Source: an uncultured Gammaproteobacteria bacterium
GTDB taxonomy: Bacteria > Patescibacteriota > Patescibacteriia > UBA9934
Length of the DNA stretch: 64,000 bases
Reading direction: 5' to 3'
NCBI GenBank assembly: GCA_964452565.1
Contig: CAYVLY010000002.1
Location: 119,166-183,165 of the forward strand
The position numbers were made by a program, and so were the translations under genes. Within the stretch, counting starts at the first letter, position 1; each line of letters opens with the position of its first letter. Below the pieces are notes generated by a model, which saw nothing but the letters and a program-made list of their open reading frames with translations, made no database searches and had not been told where the DNA came from. This document shows positions 27,624-36,359 of this stretch, one piece after another.

Positions 27624-28325
27624 CTACTCATCATCGGAAGAGCCGAAACCGGGCATCCTGCTCTGCAACTTCTGCTGGAGTTCTTCGCACTTGAGCTTCA
27701 TGCCAATGACGGCCTGGTGGAGCTTCTCGGCGTCGTCCTCATCCAGTTCTTCGACCTTCTCCAGTTCGCCGAAAGCTTCGGAATCGTCGGCCAGCATCTT
27801 GGAGAAACGGTTAATGGTCTTCACGAATGCCGGGAGTGCTGGACGGCCCCTCTTGCCGGCGGCCTTTGCCCTGATGGCCTTCGCCTTCTTTTCGACCGCC
27901 TGGACCTGCCAGCCCTTCTTCTCGGCCTGCTCCAGAAGCCGCCTCTGGTCCTTCTCCTTGAGCCCGATCACGGCGTAGAAGTGCCCGACCTGCAGGTGCT
28001 TCCATTTCGTGACACCGATCTTGTCGCACATCTCGTAGACAGAGACTGCGCGGAAGAGGTTCGCAGCACTCAAGTCGCAGTCTCTGCGCTCGGCCAGTTT
28101 CCTGAACGACGCGTCCTTCTTGCCCCGATCTCGCCAAGCCGCGAGTTCACCGCCGTAGAAATTATCGACGATGATCTTGCCGACATTGAGCGCCATCTCG
28201 AACAGGGATGCTCTCGTCACTTCGTTGATGTCAGCAACGACTTGATCGATGACCTCATCATCGACAGGAGCGGGCAGAACGTCATCCGGGCTGGTCAGCG
28301 CTGTCTCTTCTTTCTCGTCGGCCAT
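27624..28325 (-). CDS. Hypothetical protein (about 233 aa) with a Lys/Glu-rich coiled-coil C-terminus
   Basis: RBS GAGG 8 nt upstream of the internal Met (MADEKEET). Palindrome copy 2 lies about 90 bp upstream. Confidence 0.5.
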   Translation of the reverse strand: MADEKEETALTSPDDVLPAPVDDEVIDQVVADINEVTRASLFEMALNVGKIIVDNFYGGELAAWRDRGKKDASFRKLAERRDCDLSAANLFRAVSVYEMCDKIGVTKWKHLQVGHFYAVIGLKEKDQRRLLEQAEKKGWQVQAVEKKAKAIRAKAAGKRGRPALPAFVKTINRFSKMLADDSEAFGELEKVEELDEDDAEKLHQAVIGMKLKCEELQQKLQSRMPGFGSSDDE

Positions 28326-28413
28326 TTCGTACCTCTGCACAAGGGAACGCTCTTTATTAAGCACGAATCACGAGTGAGTGCAAGTGAATTTCTAACACCA
28401 GACTCCTCTGGTT

Positions 28414-28435
28414 GGTGTTTCAGGCCTGAAACACC
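28414..28435. repeat. Perfect 22-bp palindrome GGTGTTTCAGGCCTGAAACACC, copy 2
   Basis: Exact match. Intergenic between two minus-strand genes. Confidence 0.9.
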
Positions 28436-28588
28436 GCACGAAGAGCCCACACGCATGGACGCCGCCTCTACCTCACATACGCCTGGTGATGGCGATATTC
28501 ACGCTCTCCAGTCGCAAAAACACGCCGTCGAACCTACGCCAACGATGGCGGTGGCTACGGCGTGCACGGCGCTGCGAGCTGGCGGGAA

Positions 28589-29371
28589 CTACTCGGCCTC
28601 GTCCCCGACGACGGTGATCGATTCGATCTCCAGGCTGTTCTGCCAGGGGAAGGCGCCTGTGGAGGTGGTGGCGCGCATGACCACCTTGTCCGACATGATG
28701 CCAGTAATCTCCACCAGGTCGTTCAACTGTAGAGCTCTGACCGACTCGGTGACCTCGGGACTTGACTCGTGCACCGCCCCGATGACCGACGTGTAGATGG
28801 GGCACGCATCGTCGAAGGTGTAGCCCTCTTCCTTGAGGGGGAAGATGGACCAGTGGGCATCCTGGAGGATGTACCCAGAGGTGGGGCAGACGCCACCGAA
28901 AACAGCTCTGACAGTCACTCGGCCGAGGTGGTAGCCGCTGGATGAGCTTTCGAGCTGCTGGAAGGTCACCTCACCCGTCTCGTGGATACGGGAGGAGTGC
29001 GTGTCAGAGGTAAGTTTCTTCGCACGGCTGGCCTTAACAGATGCTGGGATGATGAATGCGAGTCCCACACCACCCACAACTCCACTGAGCACTGTCTGGC
29101 GGGTGTCCTCGTCCATGACGTTGACCACGAGCCCCGTCGTACCCACAGCGAGCAATCCCAGACCGATGCCGATGGAGGTAGCAGGGCGAGAGGCCACCAG
29201 GCCGGAGGACCGGGGCGGAACGCTCGGGACTACTTGAGAGGAACGGGCCGTAGGCTGAAGAAGTAGATGCTCGGGAGCCCGTCTCGGAATGTCGAAGTCC
29301 GAGGGCTCGACCTCACCTGCCAGCGCTGATGGCGCCAGTAGGGAGAGCAGGAGGATCGCAGGGATTTTCAA
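28589..29371 (-). CDS. Putative exported/membrane protein
   Basis: N-terminal signal-peptide-like MKIPAILLLSLLAPSALAGE. Internal hydrophobic segment IGIGLGLLAVGTTGLVV. Confidence 0.5.
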   Translation of the reverse strand: MKIPAILLLSLLAPSALAGEVEPSDFDIPRRAPEHLLLQPTARSSQVVPSVPPRSSGLVASRPATSIGIGLGLLAVGTTGLVVNVMDEDTRQTVLSGVVGGVGLAFIIPASVKASRAKKLTSDTHSSRIHETGEVTFQQLESSSSGYHLGRVTVRAVFGGVCPTSGYILQDAHWSIFPLKEEGYTFDDACPIYTSVIGAVHESSPEVTESVRALQLNDLVEITGIMSDKVVMRATTSTGAFPWQNSLEIESITVVGDEAE

Positions 29372-29566
29372 GGGCAGCTCCTTGTGTTCGTGGGAAGCCT
29401 GGACAGATAGACCAAGCTGTGGTGAAGTGCGCGAAAGCGCAGGAAACAGACTGATTCTGGCGATATTGGCCGTGTCAGTCCCAACTACGCAGAATGATAT
29501 AAACTGCGAAGTTCAAAGGGGAGGAAGGACGGCAAGGGCACGGCACCCTGCCGATGAATCTGGCCC

Positions 29567-30532
29567 CTACTTTTCATTGATAGATGCTCCATCATCGCAG
29601 AGCAGATCAACGACTTTTCGTAGGCCAGCCTGACCAGGGTGCAGGTAGCGGATCGTGGTCTGGATGGAGGCATGTCCAAGAAGGCGCCTGACCTCTTCAA
29701 TGCTCGCCCCGCGGTTCAAGAGCTCGGTGGCGAAGCCATGCCGCAGCATGTGAGGAGTAACGGCGAAGTTCAGGCCTGCAGCCTTCCCAAGGTCGCTGAC
29801 GTGGAGCTCGACCGTTCGCGGTGAAAGTCTACGGCGAAGCCTAGACACGAAGACCGCATTCGTAGCCAGCTTCAGCGATATTCTCTGCTCAAGCCAGGCA
29901 GCAAGAGCTGCTCGTGCTGTGCGGTTCAAGAGCACCGGCTGGGAGTTGCCGCCCTTGCGCCGGACCTCCAACAGGAGGCCCTCGTCCAGGTCCACCTGGT
30001 CGATGTCGAGGGAGAGAAGCTCATCGAGGCGCAGCCCTGTGTGGAACAGCAGCGTGACCATGCACGAGTCCCTGTGGTGTTTCAGGCCTGAAACACCCAT
30101 CGGGATGGCAGCCAGGAGCCTCTCCATATGCTCCGGCGTCACGACTGGAGGCTCTATCCGAGGAACCTTGACACGAGGGATGTCAGCCTCTGGGCTCAAC
30201 TCTATCACCTCTGTTTTTTCAAGATGTCTGAAAAAACCGCGAAGGACAGTCAGCTTGCGGTTCCGAGTGCTTGGAGAGATCGGGCCCCTGGGGCCTGGCC
30301 GGTTGAGATAGGCCACCAGGTGCTCACGGGTGACTTGCTCTGCCCTCACGACCTCCATCTTCGCGAGGGTTCGCCGAAAAAGGCATAGCTCCTGACGATA
30401 CGAGCGCAGCGTCTTTGGCGTGTACTTGCGCTCCTGTTCCGCGTGCTCCAGGAAGCCGTTGACGGTCGTCGCGAGGTCCATTCTTGAGCGTCGAGGGGTG
30501 AGGGTTTTTGGGGTGGGTGAACTGCGCCACAT
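29567..30532 (-). CDS. XerC/XerD-like tyrosine site-specific recombinase
   Basis: Box I-like TGLRLDELLSL. C-terminal HMLRHGFATELL...LLGHASIQTTIRYLH. Contains palindrome copy 3 in-frame (encoding GVSGLKHH). Confidence 0.85.
   Translation of the reverse strand: MWRSSPTPKTLTPRRSRMDLATTVNGFLEHAEQERKYTPKTLRSYRQELCLFRRTLAKMEVVRAEQVTREHLVAYLNRPGPRGPISPSTRNRKLTVLRGFFRHLEKTEVIELSPEADIPRVKVPRIEPPVVTPEHMERLLAAIPMGVSGLKHHRDSCMVTLLFHTGLRLDELLSLDIDQVDLDEGLLLEVRRKGGNSQPVLLNRTARAALAAWLEQRISLKLATNAVFVSRLRRRLSPRTVELHVSDLGKAAGLNFAVTPHMLRHGFATELLNRGASIEEVRRLLGHASIQTTIRYLHPGQAGLRKVVDLLCDDGASINEK
30076..30097. repeat. Perfect 22-bp palindrome GGTGTTTCAGGCCTGAAACACC, copy 3, inside the recombinase coding sequence
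   Basis: Exact match, embedded in codons of the 29567..30532 ORF. Confidence 0.9.
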
Positions 30533-30680
30533 ATATCAAACGGCGCAGTTGGCTGCAACGATGGCGGGCCATACTTTCGTTGCATCGGAGAAGCACTCGC
30601 GATATGTTATTTTATGGCGCTGGAAAGCGTCGGTGAGGTGATGTTGCCATTGGAATGGGTAAATTCAAAAGGGGAAGTGT

Positions 30681-31613
30681 ATGTCAACCACCGATCGCCT
30701 TTTTATTCTTCATGTTAGCGACACCCACTACGCACGGCCCGGGGAAACACTTTGTTCACTGTTGCGTGCGCAGACGCGTACAGAAGAAACTCCAGCCGCC
30801 GCTTTTCAAGTGGCGGCCCGGTATTTTATCAGTCAAATGAAAGGGGCAGCGCATCACTTCGCAAAATACAGACGAGACTATCTCGATAGAGTCTCACAGG
30901 TGGTCCAAATACTGCAAGGAGAGTGCATAACCATCCTTCACTCTGGAGACGTGTCGCAGGCGGGACAGATAAGCAGCATAGTGGAGGAATTGTCGGAACT
31001 CCAAAAGGCTGCAGGCGATGGCATAGAAATGATAGCCGTGCCAGGAAATCATGATCTCTGGCCAATGGACCTTCCTGTCCTGAGGCCGACACATACGGCG
31101 CTGCAATACTCGAGGATACGAAATCTTGGCTTCTTTCCTTCGCAGTATCCGAAGCTCTTCACCCTGTCAACTCCGGTGAACAGAATTCATCTTTGGGCGT
31201 TAGACTCTCCAATTGCAGATAGCGTTCCGAATATGTTCGCTGTTGGGAGTGTGGAGGACAACAGAATATCGGATGTCGGCGTGGTGGATGATTCAGGTCC
31301 CTATATCGGGACAGTGAGCCACCATCCGTTGCGACCCGTGGATCCCAAATTGGCAAGACGCTTGGCGCAGCACCTGCGCTTTCCGGTTCTCAACATGCTC
31401 GGGGCGACAGCCCTGTGCGATGTTCTTGTGAAACAGGGTGTCATCGTTCATTTTTGTGGGCACGAGCACAGAAGACCTGCTCGACCAGATGATATGCCTA
31501 TCCATGATAACAAAATACTGCAGCTCGCGGCGGGGACGCCAACGATTGGATCCTCTACCAGAACCTCAAGCAGCACAATTCCACAGTTTTCGCTTTACAG
31601 CGTTGTCTTCTGA
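30681..31613 (+). CDS. Calcineurin-like metallophosphoesterase
   Basis: Motifs in order: VSDTHY (DxH), HSGDVSQAG (GD), VPGNHDLW (GNHD), FCGHEHRRP (GHxH). Confidence 0.75.
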   Translation: MSTTDRLFILHVSDTHYARPGETLCSLLRAQTRTEETPAAAFQVAARYFISQMKGAAHHFAKYRRDYLDRVSQVVQILQGECITILHSGDVSQAGQISSIVEELSELQKAAGDGIEMIAVPGNHDLWPMDLPVLRPTHTALQYSRIRNLGFFPSQYPKLFTLSTPVNRIHLWALDSPIADSVPNMFAVGSVEDNRISDVGVVDDSGPYIGTVSHHPLRPVDPKLARRLAQHLRFPVLNMLGATALCDVLVKQGVIVHFCGHEHRRPARPDDMPIHDNKILQLAAGTPTIGSSTRTSSSTIPQFSLYSVVF

Positions 31614-31735
31614 CACTCCTGCGCGAGGGATCTCGTAAAAACAGCTTTCTTTGCCCGATGTTGAGCACAGTCTGGAACCTCATTCGAGGCGCACCTGTCC
31701 CCTGCGTGTGATGAGAGGGCGTTCTACTTGGTTTG

Positions 31736-33145
31736 TCAGGCGGCGCGCACCTCCTCTCTCGGCTGGATCTCCCCTGGTCGTCGCCGCAGGCGTCGGGGCT
31801 CCGCGGGTGGCTCGCGCCTGGTGAGGAGCAAGTCGAGGAATGCGCACAGGGAATCCAGGGAGCGGAGGCAGTAGTGGGAGCGCTGTCTCTTGCGGAACTC
31901 CCTGTTCTCTCGCTCTGGGTGGTTGGAGGTCTTGTCGGCGTTGTCGAAATCCAGGTAGTGGGTGAGCCGAGCGAAGAGGCCGTCATTGGACAGATCCGCG
32001 AGCACCAGCTTCATACCAGGGATTCCCTGGAATGCGGGATTGGCGAGGAGGGCCTGTCTGCGCTCCTCTGCCAACTCGTGGGAGTCCGTGCTCGAGCCGA
32101 AGAGCTCGTACATCGCCTCGATGAAGCGGCGGAGCACGCCTAAGGCCGGGCAGAGGCAGAAGGCCTCGTCCAGCATCTTCTGCTCGGCCTCGGTGATGAG
32201 CGGGCGCCCCTTGTCGTCCAGCCCCCCACGCTTGAAGATCAGGAACCGGCAGCGCATCACCTTGCGCCGGTTCTCCCTCTTCCGTTTGTCCAGCCGAGGT
32301 CGTCCCCTCTTCCTTGGGCGGCCACGTTTGCGCTTCTTGGGCTTTGGAAGTTCGTTGTAGGCGGCCCAGAAGGCCTTGGCCAGCTTCCTGTTCGCTCCCA
32401 TGAGGAAGTGGAAGACGCAGCGTTGGTGCTCGGCCTCGGGCCACACCTCTGCGATGATCTCTGGGTAGAGAGAGGAGCCGTCCGTCACCACGATCTGGGG
32501 CATGATGCCCGCCTCTCGCAGCTCCAGGAAAAACTCGCGCACGTCTTGGCCGCAGGGAGAGCCGTCCCCCAGCCGAGAGGAGATCTCCACGCCGTTGAGC
32601 GGATCGGTGGCTCTGATCACGTAGTGGTCGCCTTCGTAGACCTCGTCTACAGCGAGCTGACCGGAGAAGACCGTCACCATCCTCTCCATATGGCTCTGGA
32701 AATCCACCTCGCCCCCAGCTCTGCGGTACCAGCGGAGGACCGTCGTGTCTGCCAGCTTGGGCAGATGGAGCAGGGAGCGGCCCACGGCAGCCGCTCCCTC
32801 AAAGGACAACTTGTGGTCCACGACCAGCGACAGCACGGCGAGGCGAGTGGCGGTCGTATATCGGCTCCGTTCCTCGAATCCTGGAGGCTCAAGACGGAAC
32901 CAGCACTGGCCGCGTGGGCAGTGCTCACAGATGTAGCAGCCGACCTGCACGTACTCCATCGTAGGCCCATCGATGTCGGCCCTCTGGCGTTCCAGCAGGC
33001 GGATTTCGTTCCGCGGAGCTGGGCGACCACATCGAGGGCAGAGTGCGGCCTCTGGGGCGAAGGGGACAGGGTTGAGCTTCTTGGTGGGGAGGGGTATGGT
33101 CTTCATCGGCGCAGGTCCGGTTTGTGGAGCTTGGTAACTACGCAA
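31736..33145 (-). CDS. DDE-type insertion-sequence transposase with an N-terminal zinc ribbon. Family not assigned.
   Basis: CPRCG...CYICEHC zinc ribbon. Acidic residues in a DDE-like arrangement (AVDEVYEGD, IVVTDGSS). Basic KRKRGRPRKRGRPR patch. C-terminal NHPERENREFRKRQR resembles the transposase N..E..N..K/R signature. Confidence 0.6.
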   Translation of the reverse strand: MRSYQAPQTGPAPMKTIPLPTKKLNPVPFAPEAALCPRCGRPAPRNEIRLLERQRADIDGPTMEYVQVGCYICEHCPRGQCWFRLEPPGFEERSRYTTATRLAVLSLVVDHKLSFEGAAAVGRSLLHLPKLADTTVLRWYRRAGGEVDFQSHMERMVTVFSGQLAVDEVYEGDHYVIRATDPLNGVEISSRLGDGSPCGQDVREFFLELREAGIMPQIVVTDGSSLYPEIIAEVWPEAEHQRCVFHFLMGANRKLAKAFWAAYNELPKPKKRKRGRPRKRGRPRLDKRKRENRRKVMRCRFLIFKRGGLDDKGRPLITEAEQKMLDEAFCLCPALGVLRRFIEAMYELFGSSTDSHELAEERRQALLANPAFQGIPGMKLVLADLSNDGLFARLTHYLDFDNADKTSNHPERENREFRKRQRSHYCLRSLDSLCAFLDLLLTRREPPAEPRRLRRRPGEIQPREEVRAA

Positions 33146-33385
33146 TACCTGGATCTGCGCCGATCCACAAGCCCGCCGGTAGCCAGTCCTCCCCGGACGG
33201 CATTTCGAACGTGGTCTGCCCCTCTACGCCCCTGCTTCAGCACTCACGCAGGAGTGTCTGTCTTCTCACCCGTTCTCCGCGTCTCGTTGGCCGTATGGTA
33301 TGTGGACCTTCATTCGTGGGAAACACCAGCCTCGTTTGAGTACGATAGTGGTCTTGGGCGTTGGCATATTGTGTCCGCGAAGAAG

Positions 33386-34002
33386 TCAGACTTCCCTCTT
33401 CAGCTCCGCTCCAGCAAGCCGAAGGCCATGTTTCCGTAGCCGTTTTGTGAGTCGATGTATCCGGACTCTCGCTGTTCCTCTGCGAAGATTTTGGCGCTTG
33501 ATCTCCTGTGTATACTCTTCTGCTCCAGTGAAATAGGACAAAAGAAGGTCTCTATCTTTCTGGTGAAGAGATGAAAGCAGTTGAGAAGTGATCTCCTTGA
33601 ATTGATTCGTACCTCTCCTCGGAAAATACTTCGACTCGTCCTGGACTCGGTCGAATCCATGACAGTGCTCGATGTTCTTGGTGAAGGTCTGGGCCGCACG
33701 AAATCGGTCAATAAGGTGATTGCGAACTATTCGAACGGCATATCCGCGACCAATGGACTCAACATCAGTTCCATGAGTGAGTTCCAGCCTGCGCTCTCGT
33801 TCCATTAGCCGGACGATAGATTCCATCAGGGCATCCTCTCTCGACTCGGCGTCAAAACCGATATCGTGCCGATCGCGAATCTCCGGTAGAAGACCGAGAA
33901 GAGCCGTGAGTTTCTGGTCGGTTGATGGGGGTTTCACATTCGATACCCAAGCGTTGATGGATTGAGGAGCATCTACTGCGCAAGATACTGGGTAGTCAGG
34001 CG
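33386..34002 (-). CDS. ECF-type sigma-70 family RNA polymerase sigma factor
   Basis: Region-2-like YAVRIVRNHLIDRFR and region-4 HTH ARVRIHRLTKRLRK. 5' end trimmed to avoid overlap with the upstream gene. True start uncertain. Confidence 0.5.
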
Positions 34003-34473
34003 TCAATCCCAGTCGAAGAGATCTCTCCACTGCAGGAGTGAGTCGCGATTCGGCACGATCATATCGCCCTGGATTCGTCCGGCCAGAGGAAGCTCTTTCT
34101 TCTCGACGAGCATGGCGGCTACCCTCTTCAGCAGGTTGACGGGCACCCCATACATGGCAGCTATTCTCTCCTGGACTTCGGGGGTCCACCGCGGAAGTGT
34201 TTGGCGCTCGAGGTTTCCACTTCTAACGAGTGAGGCTGATAGCCAGTCGATATACCCATGGGTGGCGGCCAGAATGTCTTGCTGGACCTCCTGTTCCAGA
34301 ATTTCAAGAAAGAGTTCTTCACTGATCTCTGGAATGTCATCTGGCGAGGCTGTTTCAAGAAGCTCCGACAGCTGGTCGAGCGCGCCTTTGCCAATCGATG
34401 GACGAAGTCGATCCCATATCTCCCCGGCAAGGTCAGATTGCTGCTTTCTGATGATCTCCATGAATACCGTCAT
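34003..34473 (-). CDS. Hypothetical acidic protein (156 aa), possibly a sigma-factor partner
   Basis: ORF immediately upstream of the sigma factor on the same strand. Role as a sigma partner is inferred from position only. Confidence 0.4.
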   Translation of the reverse strand: MTVFMEIIRKQQSDLAGEIWDRLRPSIGKGALDQLSELLETASPDDIPEISEELFLEILEQEVQQDILAATHGYIDWLSASLVRSGNLERQTLPRWTPEVQERIAAMYGVPVNLLKRVAAMLVEKKELPLAGRIQGDMIVPNRDSLLQWRDLFDWD

Positions 34474-34655
34474 TCCATGACTCCTGCTTCGATGGTAGGT
34501 CTTCTACCTATAGACGAAGAGGCGTTACACCTTATATGCATTGTTGATATAAGCCTATTTCATCTATGGCCTTCCATGCAGAATCTGGCCTCGTTTCGTG
34601 CCACAAAGGAGATCATCCAAAACCGTTGCCAAAAAGCGCATTTCGAACCCCTCCA

Positions 34656-35489
34656 TCAATGAATGCAGCCCATCCAGACTCTACCGAATGCCATTTTCGC
34701 TGCTGTCTTGACGTTCAGCGGAAGGCCTTCGTCGATCCAGAGTCCGTGTGGGTATACCTCCTTGACAAAACGCTCGTCTGTGAGTTCTTCGCCGGGCCCT
34801 GGGATAGTGCTGATGCCAACAAGAGCGTGTCGTAAACCCATGAGGCTGGACCAACCCAGTGGTACAAGTAGTTCTGGGTCGTATCCAGAGTTTTTGCCAG
34901 CGATGTGCGTTCTTTCCCTTCCCGGGAGTTGCCCTCTAATTACTAAAGCAATTGACTTCGACACTAGATCAGCCAGTTGGACTCCCACTCTCTCTTTCGA
35001 GCAACAGGACAGTTCAAGGGTCAGACCATGCAGCCAAGGGAACTCTTCAAGCGGTTTGTTGAAATCGCAGCCCTTCCAGCCCACTCCTTCATCGAAGTGA
35101 ACAGATTTGAGGCGACCAGCAAGGCCATGGCCAGCAACCCTGTTCAACATGGCAAGGGCTTCCACACCAACAGAGGAGCGACGAGAGCGCTGGTGAATGG
35201 TAGCGATCACTCTGCAACTGCGACTGATTTCAGCGGCAAGCATTTTTCTCAACAGGACCTGTTCAGGGCTCTTTCTAATTGTCGCGGAAGACTTGAATTC
35301 ATCGACGCCTGGGCGAAGTCCCATGCTCTCGAAGCCGATCCGAAGGCGGTCCTCTATATCACCCGGCGCCAAGACAAACGCGCCAACGATGTAGAGGTCT
35401 TGGTCATGAATGCTTTCGTCGAAGTATGCCCGACGAATCCTGCTCCTGCTTTCTGCTGTTCGGGTCATTGACCACTTCCTTCTGTTCAA
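34656..35489 (-). CDS. Hypothetical protein, possibly DUF3800-like
   Basis: N-terminal YFDESIHDQDLYIVGAFV resembles the yiDESG start of DUF3800 proteins. Unverified. Confidence 0.4.
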   Translation of the reverse strand: MNRRKWSMTRTAESRSRIRRAYFDESIHDQDLYIVGAFVLAPGDIEDRLRIGFESMGLRPGVDEFKSSATIRKSPEQVLLRKMLAAEISRSCRVIATIHQRSRRSSVGVEALAMLNRVAGHGLAGRLKSVHFDEGVGWKGCDFNKPLEEFPWLHGLTLELSCCSKERVGVQLADLVSKSIALVIRGQLPGRERTHIAGKNSGYDPELLVPLGWSSLMGLRHALVGISTIPGPGEELTDERFVKEVYPHGLWIDEGLPLNVKTAAKMAFGRVWMGCIH

Positions 35490-35913
35490 TATTCTATGCG
35501 ATAGCCAGCTTGGCCTATTATCCCGGAATCGAACATCGACATCGAGGGGATCGTGCCCATGTCGAACCGACTGTTTGGTGCGTTTTTCTTGCTTGATAGT
35601 GAGTCTCTCTGCTTTTCATAGCAGGGCTGCGGGCAGGAAACAGATGGACCACGGTTTTTCCACCTTCAGTAACTCCAGGGACCATTGCGAGGTGTTGCAT
35701 TGAAGTGATGAAGGTATCAAGCGAGTGAATCCTCTGCAGCCCATATGCAGCCCAAAACTATGGAAAAACGACATTCTGTGGGAGAATTGATAATTAAGGA
35801 GAGAGCAGTCTTCTTTGCGAACTGTAAAGGCAAATCATGATTTCGGCGAGAGTTTGCGGAGTATCGAATCTGCCAATGATAGGGTTCGATTCCCCCGACA
35901 ATTGAAGTGAATC

Positions 35914-35937
35914 GAGTGTTCCAGGCCTGAAACACCT
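35914..35937. repeat. Near-perfect copy 4 of the palindrome (GTGTTCCAGGCCTGAAACACC, one mismatch) close to the island/host junction
   Basis: One substitution relative to the 22-mer. About 125 bp from the tRNA-Val 3' end. Confidence 0.8.
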
Positions 35938-36001
35938 CCGCAGGTAGTTGTCCACAGCAATTTTCGGAATGGCACCAATGCTATTCCCGTCAGACGCCAA
36001 A

Positions 36002-36026
36002 GCCCCGCAACATGCGGGGCTATTGT
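36002..36026 (+). terminator. Hairpin GCCCCGC-aacat-GCGGGGC followed by a T-rich tract
   Basis: 7-bp GC stem followed by tattgtt. Confidence 0.4.
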
Positions 36027-36060
36027 TAGCGACATTATTTGTGTTCGAAGAATGCTGTAA

Positions 36061-36137
36061 TGGTGGGCGTGAGAGGACTCGAACCTCTGACCTTCACAAT
36101 GTCAATGTGACACTCTAACCAGCTGAGCTACACGCCC
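36061..36137 (-). tRNA. tRNA-Val (anticodon GAC)
   Basis: Manual fold of the reverse complement: acceptor GGGCGTG/CACGCCC, D-arm GCTCAGCTGGTTAGAGT, anticodon loop TTGACAT, T-arm AGAGGTTCGAGTCCTCT, discriminator A, encoded CCA. Confidence 0.9.
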
Positions 36138-36359
36138 AATTTTCCCCAGAATGGCGAACTATGCATTCAGGACTGTGCTGCTCAACAATGTACTTATAGG
36201 TACATCTTTCTGCGCTGCTCGTCCTTCACGCATATTTCATCCATTCTGGAAAAAATTGGATCTCGACTCGATAAACAACTTAAACATTTAAACAGTCATC
36301 ATACTACATCGATTTTAAAAAGCAGGCAACGCCTCGCAAGGCGAGACGTTAAGACGGTG

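Larger units (their letters stand above)
1..36060. mobile_element. Composite high-GC genomic island (integrative/conjugative-like mosaic) abutting the 3' end of tRNA-Val; left end lies beyond the window
   Basis: Sharp drop in GC at about 36.0 kb next to the tRNA 3' end. Contents include an integrase, an excisionase-like gene, Replic_Relax-type proteins, a coupling ATPase, restriction-modification genes, a transposase and a XerC-like recombinase. Confidence 0.55.

Noticed and set aside
27513-28796. 427-aa plus-strand ORF
   Set aside because: Antisense to two better-supported minus-strand genes (27624..28325 with an RBS, and 28589..29371 with a signal peptide). Low-complexity translation.
35884-35905. 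T-loop-like GGGTTCGATTCCCCCGAC as a second att core
   Set aside because: No acceptor pairing partner, and it does not match the tRNA-Val 3' end. Possibly a degraded remnant, too weak to call.
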